Below are positions 26,809-33,362 of a stretch of 33,362 nt of DNA, piece after piece. Numbering within the stretch: position 1 is the first letter of the stretch; every line of letters begins with the position of its first letter. The notes below the pieces were generated by a model. That model had not been told where the DNA came from, searched no databases, and was given only the letters and a program-made list of their open reading frames with translations. The stretch is from contig JAHHIK010000092.1 of assembly GCA_019358935.1 (NCBI GenBank), positions 1 through 33,362 of the forward strand. The letters are read 5' to 3'. The translations under genes and the position numbers were made by a program. This DNA comes from Tolypothrix carrinoi HA7290-LM1. Lineage in GTDB: Bacteria; Cyanobacteriota; Cyanobacteriia; Cyanobacteriales; Nostocaceae.

Positions 26809-27774
26809 ATGTCAGAAAAAACGACGCGGCGCAACTTCTTAATGACCAGTGTTGCCGTCGCAGGGGGTATTGTAGGAGCTACTACCTTGCAACAAAATGC
26901 TACCAACACTGCGACACCACCAGCAACAATGCCAGAACGAGTGCTGGGACGCACAGAAATAAAAGTGCCTATCTTCGGCTTGGGTGGAGCGGGTCAAACG
27001 CCGCTATCCTGGGAAGGAAGAGAACGTGATGCTGTGGCAATTATTGAAAAAGCGTTGCAATTAGGCATCCGTTATTTTGACACTGCCTCAAGTTACGGAC
27101 CAAGTGAAGATTATTTGGGAAAAGTCCTACCACCCCATCGTTCAAAGTTGTTTTTAGCAAGTAAGACTGATAAAAGAGACCGCGATGGAGCGTGGCGAGA
27201 ATTAGAGCGATCGCTTAAACGTCTCAACACAGATTATCTTAACTTATGGCAGCTACATCACGTTTCTTTCCCCCAAGAACTCGACACCATCTTTAGTGCA
27301 TCCGGAGCAATTAAAGCTGTAGAAGAAGCAATAGAGCAAAAACTCGTCCGCTTTGCTGGTATTACCGGACACCACGACCCCAAAGTAATCGCCGAAGGGC
27401 TGCGTCGCTATCCTTTCCACACAACGCTAATTCCCGTCAATGCAGCAGACAAACATCATCCACGCCCATTTTTACCTGTAGTTTTACCGATAGCACAGCA
27501 ACAAAATGTAGCTGTGATTGCGATGAAAGTACCCGCTTACGGTCGATTGTTCAAGCCTGGTGGTTTGTCAGGTATGCAACAAGCTTTAGGATACAGTTTA
27601 TCTCAGCCTGGGGTTCAGTGCTGTGTAATTGCGGCTGAGACTATAGCACAATTAGAAGAAAATGTCAAGGTAGCGCGGGCTTTTCAGATCCTCAAAAATC
27701 AAGAACTGGCAGAAATAGAGCAACGTACTGCCGCTATTTGGGAAGATAGTACATTTTTTCGCACTTGGAATTAG
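26809..27774 (+). CDS. Aldo/keto reductase with a twin-arginine signal peptide
   Basis: TRRNFL Tat motif, GIRYFDTASSYGPSE, FLASKT, LERSLKRLNTDYLNLWQLH, GITGH and IAMK. Confidence 0.9.
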   Translation: MSEKTTRRNFLMTSVAVAGGIVGATTLQQNATNTATPPATMPERVLGRTEIKVPIFGLGGAGQTPLSWEGRERDAVAIIEKALQLGIRYFDTASSYGPSEDYLGKVLPPHRSKLFLASKTDKRDRDGAWRELERSLKRLNTDYLNLWQLHHVSFPQELDTIFSASGAIKAVEEAIEQKLVRFAGITGHHDPKVIAEGLRRYPFHTTLIPVNAADKHHPRPFLPVVLPIAQQQNVAVIAMKVPAYGRLFKPGGLSGMQQALGYSLSQPGVQCCVIAAETIAQLEENVKVARAFQILKNQELAEIEQRTAAIWEDSTFFRTWN

Positions 27775-27791
27775 TACAGTACTTCATTAAT

Positions 27792-27815
27792 ACGAGTGTT
27801 TTGAAACGCACTCGT
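27792..27815. terminator. Hairpin between convergent genes
   Basis: ACGAGTG-N10-CACTCGT. Confidence 0.5.
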
Positions 27816-27899
27816 GAGCTGAGGTAAGCGCAGAGTAACGCAGAGTCAATGCTCATAAATTTCGTTATGAACTTGTGGATTTTGGACTTAGTGTTAACA

Positions 27900-29213
27900 C
27901 TAGGGTGTGTTAGCGCACCTTGACTTTCTCGCTCTTGGTTCTATAACTTGCGGATTTACTTTATAATATCTAGCAGCTTGAGACATATCAAATATTAGTA
28001 ATTTTTCGTTTCCAAGCTCTTGTATAACTCCTGGTTTAATTGGTTTTATATCAATAGCTTTAATAATTTCTGACGCCACTGCCTTAGCTAATAAAGGAGG
28101 GACAGAATTTCCGATTTGTCGAAATCCATGCCATTTTGTTACATGAAATCTGAACCAGTCTGGATAAGAATGTAAACGCGCAGCTTCGCGTACAGTTATA
28201 CATCTTGGGCTAAATGGGTGAATCGGTCTAGCAGAAGTAAAAGCTCCTCTATTGCTAGCAGTTCCTGCTCTGAGTGTATTGCATATTCCTTGCGGATCAA
28301 GTTTATGAAAGCGGCTGACAGGTTCTGTTTTGCCACATGGAGTAGACTCAAACCTATGACGTGATTCTAAACTATGCTTTGTTCTTAAACTTGAGGTAAG
28401 CATTCTCGGATCATATTTACGCTCATAGGAATAGTCTTTATCTATAGAGGAAAGACCACGAAGTTGTCTACCATAATTACTTGGTTTCCCAAAATCTGCT
28501 TCTTTCACCCAATCTTTTTCAGATAGCTCTATGTAATTTTCTATTTCAGGTAAATCTTTAAGTGCATCCCAAACTGTAGGGCTTAATGCTAGTTGATTAT
28601 TCAAGCCAGTTTTATTTGATTTTGGAGGTCTAGTAATAGCTTGTGGATAATTTGGTAATTCCAAATCATGACGACAACCTAGTAAAAATAATCGTTCGCG
28701 ATTCTGTGGCACCCCGTATTCAGCAGCATTTAATACTTTGTAATCTTTGCGAACTTTGTAACCGTTGTTTTCAAACTGATTAATTATTATTGAAATAAAC
28801 TCTTTATGCTTTCCCAAAGTCATTCCTTTCACATTTTCTAAAACAAAATACTTTGGCTGTAAGTCTAAAACTAACCGGATATAATGATGTATTAAAGAGT
28901 TCCGAAGATCGTCAAAAACACGTTTACCTATCAATGAAAAACCTTGACATGGAGGACCGCCAAACACCACATCGATTTCTCTATCACCAATAGAGGATTT
29001 ACTTCTAATTTCTGTTGCTGTAGTATCGACGACACTTGTACATAAAATACTCGAAAAAGGAAAATTAAATTCATGTGTAGCGCAATGAATTGGATCAATT
29101 TCCAGAGATGCAAGTACGTCAAAGCCTGCTTGTTCAAAACCAAGAGACATCCCCCCAGCACCAGCAAATAAATCAACAGCAATAGGTCTTTCTTTGTTAT
29201 TACTGTGAATCAT
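27900..29213 (-). CDS. Orphan C5-cytosine DNA methyltransferase, probably the CGATCG (HIP1 core) enzyme of the DmtC / M.Ssp6803I type
   Basis: DLFAGAGG, GGPPCQGFS, ENV, QNRERL and IGNSVPP motifs. The target-recognition segment CNTLRAGT..RGAFTSARPIHP..PRCITVREAARLH..PDWF.FH.TKWHGFRQ is recalled as typical of cyanobacterial CGATCG methyltransferases. No adjacent restriction enzyme. Likely start 29213. Confidence 0.85.
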   Translation of the reverse strand: MIHSNNKERPIAVDLFAGAGGMSLGFEQAGFDVLASLEIDPIHCATHEFNFPFSSILCTSVVDTTATEIRSKSSIGDREIDVVFGGPPCQGFSLIGKRVFDDLRNSLIHHYIRLVLDLQPKYFVLENVKGMTLGKHKEFISIIINQFENNGYKVRKDYKVLNAAEYGVPQNRERLFLLGCRHDLELPNYPQAITRPPKSNKTGLNNQLALSPTVWDALKDLPEIENYIELSEKDWVKEADFGKPSNYGRQLRGLSSIDKDYSYERKYDPRMLTSSLRTKHSLESRHRFESTPCGKTEPVSRFHKLDPQGICNTLRAGTASNRGAFTSARPIHPFSPRCITVREAARLHSYPDWFRFHVTKWHGFRQIGNSVPPLLAKAVASEIIKAIDIKPIKPGVIQELGNEKLLIFDMSQAARYYKVNPQVIEPRARKSRCANTP

Positions 29214-29328
29214 ATTTGCAATTCTTAAGCTTGAAAGTATTACCTTAATCTGACAAAGCCATATTGGCAATAAATATAATTATCTCACCTGTTTGATTTT
29301 TTGGCTTGTTCTTGAATTAAAAATGCAA

Positions 29329-29354
29329 AGAGACGCTTAAAATAGCGTCTCTAC
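29329..29354 (-). repeat. Single GTAG-type REP-like hairpin downstream of lpxB
   Basis: Minus strand reads GTAGAGACGCT-ATTTTA-AGCGTCTCT. Confidence 0.7.
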
Positions 29355-29380
29355 CTGAAATTATTGACTTGATCGCACTC

Positions 29381-30559
29381 TCAAATCACGAACATCGCAC
29401 TATGAGAAACCATTTGTAAAATCTCTTTTGCAGCGCGATCGCATACTCCTACTTCTCCCAAACACTGCCGCATTTGGTCATAATCAGTTAAAGTTTGCTC
29501 TTTTCGGTTAGGATTAAGCAATAATTCCATTGCAGCTTGAGTCAGGTTTTCGGGCGTTGCTCGCTCTTGTAAAAACTCTGGTACAATTTCTCTCATCACC
29601 ACCAAATTGGTTGGCGATGCGAAGGGTATAGAACCTTTAAGAATATTACGCGCAATCCAAGCTGTAACTGGATGTAGCCGATAAGCAACAACTTGCGGCA
29701 CATTTAGCAGGGCAAGTTCTAAATTGACTGTACCAGATTTAGTGATTGCCAAATCCGCAGCCGCCATAACTTCCTGTTGCTGACCGGATACTACAGTTGC
29801 CCGCAAATTATAACGCTGTATTGCTTTTTCTATAGATTCTCGGTATATTTCCAGAGACAAGGGAATCCAGAAATGAACTTCAGGTAATTTAGCTTGAATA
29901 TTTTGGGAAGCTTGAAAAATTACTGGTAAGAGATATTTTAGTTCTTGGCGACGAGAAGCAGGTAAAAGAGCGATCGCTACCTGTTCTGATGCAATCCCCA
30001 ACTTAGCACGAGCAGCTTCGCGACTGGGAGCATTTTCCATTCGGTCAACTAAAGGATGTCCTACCCAGCTAACTTTAGCGCCATTCTCTTGGTAGTAGCG
30101 AGCTTCCTCTGAGAAGATTGCCAAAAGCTTATCTGTAAAGCTGACAATTCGGTTAGTATTGCGTAAACCTACCGACCAAACCCACTCTTGAGGTGCAATG
30201 TAATACACCACTGGGACTTGCGGCATATGCTTTTCCATATAAGTGCCAATGCCCAGATTGGGTGTCATGTAGTCAATTAATAGTACCAAATCTGGTGGAT
30301 TTTGTTTCAGGTGAGCGATCGCTTTTCGTTGCACCTGAATAGTTGGCAAAACATAAGGCAACGATTCAAAAAGACCCATTGAGCCAATACTACTAGTATT
30401 ACCCAGTAGATGTGCGCCAGCTGCTGCCATTTTTTCGCCACCCAGCGCCACAATCTCTAATTCTAACCCAGCCGCAACGACTTGACGTTGAAGTGCTGCA
30501 ATCAGCAACGCTCCTTGCAAATCGCCAGACACTTCACCGGTGCTGATAAATATTCGCAT
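29381..30559 (-). CDS. lpxB: Lipid-A-disaccharide synthase
   Basis: STGEVSGDLQG, LIDY, YYIAPQEWVW, VGHPL, LLPASRRQE and KSGTVNLELAL motifs. Confidence 0.96.
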   Translation of the reverse strand: MRIFISTGEVSGDLQGALLIAALQRQVVAAGLELEIVALGGEKMAAAGAHLLGNTSSIGSMGLFESLPYVLPTIQVQRKAIAHLKQNPPDLVLLIDYMTPNLGIGTYMEKHMPQVPVVYYIAPQEWVWSVGLRNTNRIVSFTDKLLAIFSEEARYYQENGAKVSWVGHPLVDRMENAPSREAARAKLGIASEQVAIALLPASRRQELKYLLPVIFQASQNIQAKLPEVHFWIPLSLEIYRESIEKAIQRYNLRATVVSGQQQEVMAAADLAITKSGTVNLELALLNVPQVVAYRLHPVTAWIARNILKGSIPFASPTNLVVMREIVPEFLQERATPENLTQAAMELLLNPNRKEQTLTDYDQMRQCLGEVGVCDRAAKEILQMVSHSAMFVI

Positions 30560-30573
30560 TATGTAAATTTAGG

Positions 30574-30687
30574 AGTTAGTCAATAGTCAACGGTCTATAG
30601 TCAACAGTCAACAGTCAATGGTCAATAGTCAAAGATACTTGGACTATGGACGAATGGACTATGGACTGCGGACTATAAACTCATAAC
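30574..30687. repeat. Heptamer STRR array (AGTCAAY)n / (GGACTAT)n in inverted arrangement
   Basis: Visible 7-mer arrays in the lpxA-lpxB spacer. Confidence 0.85.
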
Positions 30688-31506
30688 TCAAGATTCATCA
30701 CTTCCGGCTGCTTTGCCCTTTCCAGGAATCAAGCCGCGTCTTCCTGGCATCTGAGATAATAGCAGAAAGCGGCGCAGATACTGCAACTCTTGTGTGTCCC
30801 CCAGCAGTTCCAACTGTTCCAAAGCGTCTTTAAAAGTTAACTCAGAACGGTAGAGAAAGCGGAAAGCTTTTTTGAGGATTTGCAAGTCAGTAGAACTCAT
30901 TCCAGAGCGTTTGAGTCCTACAAGGTTGAGGGTTCGTATCCGTGATGGATTGCCCTCCACCATCATATATGGCGGCACATCGCGGTCAATGCGAGTCATA
31001 CCGCCGACCATTGCCAAGCTACCGATATGTACAAATTGATGGACACCCAAAACGCCGCTCAGTCGAGCGCAGGAATCAATATGGACGTGACCAGCCAAAG
31101 CCACAGAGTTAGCAATAATTGTAGAATCGGCAATGACGCAGTTATGACCTACATGGACATAAGCCATCAACAAGTTACCATCGCCAATGATAGTTGCTTC
31201 ACCTGCACCTGTAGCGCGGTTAATCGTGACATATTCCCGAATTTGGTTATTGTCGCCAATTTTGACCCAGCTAGGTTCCCCAGCGTATTTTAAATCTTGG
31301 GGTTCCATGCCAATACAGGCTCCGGGAAAAATGTGATTTCGCGCTCCAATTTCCGTCAGTCCGTCTAGGACAACATGAGGACTAATAATAGTTTCCGGAC
31401 CTACTTTGACTTGCCCTCCAATAACCGCATAGGCACCGATTTGCACCGTGGCGTGGATTTGCGCGTTAGGATGAATTACAGCAGTTGGATGAATAAGAGT
31501 TTTCAA
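30688..31506 (-). CDS. lpxA: Acyl-ACP--UDP-N-acetylglucosamine O-acyltransferase
   Basis: IHPTAVI hexapeptide repeats, PQDLKY, IREYVTINRAT, HVGHNC, LAGHV, VHQF and DVPPY. TTG start. Confidence 0.97.
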   Translation of the reverse strand: MKTLIHPTAVIHPNAQIHATVQIGAYAVIGGQVKVGPETIISPHVVLDGLTEIGARNHIFPGACIGMEPQDLKYAGEPSWVKIGDNNQIREYVTINRATGAGEATIIGDGNLLMAYVHVGHNCVIADSTIIANSVALAGHVHIDSCARLSGVLGVHQFVHIGSLAMVGGMTRIDRDVPPYMMVEGNPSRIRTLNLVGLKRSGMSSTDLQILKKAFRFLYRSELTFKDALEQLELLGDTQELQYLRRFLLLSQMPGRRGLIPGKGKAAGSDES

Positions 31507-31708
31507 GGGTGCATCTCCAGAATAGTCTTGAGTGCTGAGTGTTTAGGTATTGTGTGTCAGAAATCGGCGATCGCAAGTTATGTGTGAGGGCGTTTAAAAT
31601 CTAGAAATTAAACAATGCGGTTGTGGCAAGTTTTATTTACTGCTATCCTTTTTCAGGAATCAGTAATGGGCACCTCACGGTGGCGCCCATACCACAAAAG
31701 CGGATTTT

Positions 31709-32236
31709 TTAATTAGCAAGTGAAAACATCAGTTCGCCTTCGGCAGCGAGCTGACCGTCTACCTCGGCACGAGCCTGCATCTTACCGAAACGACGTTGTT
31801 TTACCCACAACAGTTCCACGGTCATTACTAGTTGATCGCCTGGTACTACTTGGCGGCGAAACCGGACTTTATCTATACCTGCAAACAGGAAAAGTCCGCC
31901 TTCTAACTCTGGTAATTGAGTTAAAACTATACCGCCGACTTGTGCCATAGCTTCAACAATTAGCACTCCCGGCATAATTGGCTGACCGGGAAAATGCCCT
32001 TGAAACTGGGGTTCGTTAAAGGTGACATTTTTTATACCCACAGCCCGGTTTCCTGGCACGTAGTCGATAATTCGGTCTACAAGTGCAAAAGGATAGCGAT
32101 GGGGTAAGAGTTTCTGAATTTCTTGTATTGTAAAAATCGTTTTTCTCTCTGATTTGCTTGTTGTTTCATTGGTTTGAGATTTGGTAAATGCAGAATCAGG
32201 ATCGTTGACTGTATTAACTTCGGTGAGAATTGACAT
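31709..32236 (-). CDS. fabZ: 3-hydroxyacyl-ACP dehydratase FabZ
   Basis: [42 protein letters not shown] and FRRQVVPGD motifs. Confidence 0.97.
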   Translation of the reverse strand: MSILTEVNTVNDPDSAFTKSQTNETTSKSERKTIFTIQEIQKLLPHRYPFALVDRIIDYVPGNRAVGIKNVTFNEPQFQGHFPGQPIMPGVLIVEAMAQVGGIVLTQLPELEGGLFLFAGIDKVRFRRQVVPGDQLVMTVELLWVKQRRFGKMQARAEVDGQLAAEGELMFSLAN

Positions 32237-32319
32237 TGGCACGCTCGGTTGATTTTCACTTTTGGCTTGTTGTAGGTGCCGCTTTTAACTTTCCCCGGAT
32301 TTAGGTTTTTAGCTTTTGA

Positions 32320-33183
32320 CTAACCGCCAACCGCTGACAACTCTAAAATCCTCTGGGCGAGTTGAATATGTAAATTGTGGCTGGCTTTGTACGCCAAGAA
32401 ATGAGCACTAGGCAATAAATTTCCTAGTAAACTTAAATCTCCTACTAAATCCAAGATTTTATGACGTACTGGCTCATTTGCATATCTTAATGGTGGATTT
32501 AGCCAACCTTCGGATCCGCAAACTAAAGCATTATCCAAGCTTCCCCCTTTAATTAACCCTGATTTTTGCAGGTATTCAATTTGATGTAGTAAACCAAAAG
32601 TACGGGCAGGGGCAATTTCCGCCGCAAAGCTGGCAGAAGCATTTGCCAAAGAAGAGCCTCGTGACCAACTGTACCATTGATTACCGATCGCCGGCAGGTC
32701 GAAGTCAATACCGTAGGTAAAACGAATTTCTGGCGCTGGGATAGCACAGACAAACGCATCGTCTTGACGTACCCAAATTGGTTCGGTTATTGCTGGGGGA
32801 ATTTCGTCGTTAATCAAAGTTTGTGAGACTAAACCAACTTCGGCGATCGCTTGTGTCCAAATTTGCGCTGAACCGTCCAAAACAGGCACTTCCGCCCCAT
32901 CAATCTCAATTCGGGCGTTATCCACCCCCATCGCACACAGAGCCGCTAATAAATGCTCTACAGTGCGAATGCACGCCACCCCTTTACCCAACTGAGTCGA
33001 AAGCACAGTCTCATTCACCGCCGCAACTTGTGCGGGAATTATCGGTAAGTCCGGCAAATCCACCCGGACAAAGTAGCGTCCACTACCCGCATCTGCTGGT
33101 AGTATCCGTACCTGAGTTTTCTCACCGCTATGTAGTCCGACTCCTACTTGGGCGATCGCCTCCGCAATTGTGTGTTGTTGCAT
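32320..33183 (-). CDS. lpxC: UDP-3-O-acyl-N-acetylglucosamine deacetylase
   Basis: [55 protein letters not shown] and ASH motifs. Confidence 0.97.
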   Translation of the reverse strand: MQQHTIAEAIAQVGVGLHSGEKTQVRILPADAGSGRYFVRVDLPDLPIIPAQVAAVNETVLSTQLGKGVACIRTVEHLLAALCAMGVDNARIEIDGAEVPVLDGSAQIWTQAIAEVGLVSQTLINDEIPPAITEPIWVRQDDAFVCAIPAPEIRFTYGIDFDLPAIGNQWYSWSRGSSLANASASFAAEIAPARTFGLLHQIEYLQKSGLIKGGSLDNALVCGSEGWLNPPLRYANEPVRHKILDLVGDLSLLGNLLPSAHFLAYKASHNLHIQLAQRILELSAVGG

Positions 33184-33192
33184 ATGTATTTT

Positions 33193-33260
33193 GTTAGTTG
33201 AGGGTTGTTAGTAGATAGTTGTTAGTTGTTAGTAGTTAGTAACCTAAGTTGCTAGTTATT
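33193..33260. repeat. Degenerate heptamer STRR array (GTTAGTW)n upstream of lpxC
   Basis: Visible GTTAGTT/GTTAGTA units. Confidence 0.75.
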
Positions 33261-33299
33261 GATTTAGGCGATCGCTTTGGGACAGTAAAGCAATAAAAT

Positions 33300-33328
33300 G
33301 CCCTCCAAGAAGAGAAAATAAGGAGGGC
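33300..33328 (-). terminator. Hairpin, possibly the terminator or processing site of an upstream gene outside the window
   Basis: GCCCTCC-N15-GGAGGGC followed on the minus strand by ATTTTATT. Confidence 0.45.
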
Positions 33329-33362
33329 TAGATGCTAAACGAAATAATTTCCATATATGCTA

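Noticed and set aside
27900..29270. Restriction-modification system
   Set aside because: No endonuclease gene is adjacent; the flanks are an AKR gene and lpxB.

Overview
This is a 33 kb chromosomal window from a filamentous cyanobacterium, most likely Nostocales. The evidence is about 34 GCGATCGC (HIP1) octamers by manual count, heptamer STRR arrays, GTAG-type REP-like hairpins and cyanobacterial gene order. Core genes are the 3' end of a probable petG, rsmD, hisH, thrS, DUF2605/DUF2973, an amylo-alpha-1,6-glucosidase, nfi, an SPFH protein, mnmH/selU, a Tat-signal aldo/keto reductase, a probable CGATCG cytosine methyltransferase and lpxC-fabZ-lpxA-lpxB. There are four accessory blocks. (1) A frameshifted TPR-DUF3137 gene and a Uma2 gene. 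(2) A three-gene DUF4331 / TPR / His-rich RcnA-like operon preceded by phased AAAGTGAACA direct repeats. Its exported proteins carry predicted N-terminal metal-binding motifs, and this is the best candidate for an uncharacterised metal-handling system. (3) A complete tnpB-only IS200/IS605-family element whose right-end (omega-RNA) hairpin carries a structured ~35-nt insertion. (4) A small toxin-antitoxin cluster: a dead hicB with deleted hicA, an unassigned overlapping gene pair and an intact vapBC-like pair, next to an internally deleted paralog gene. All family assignments come from motif recognition by eye; no database searches were run.
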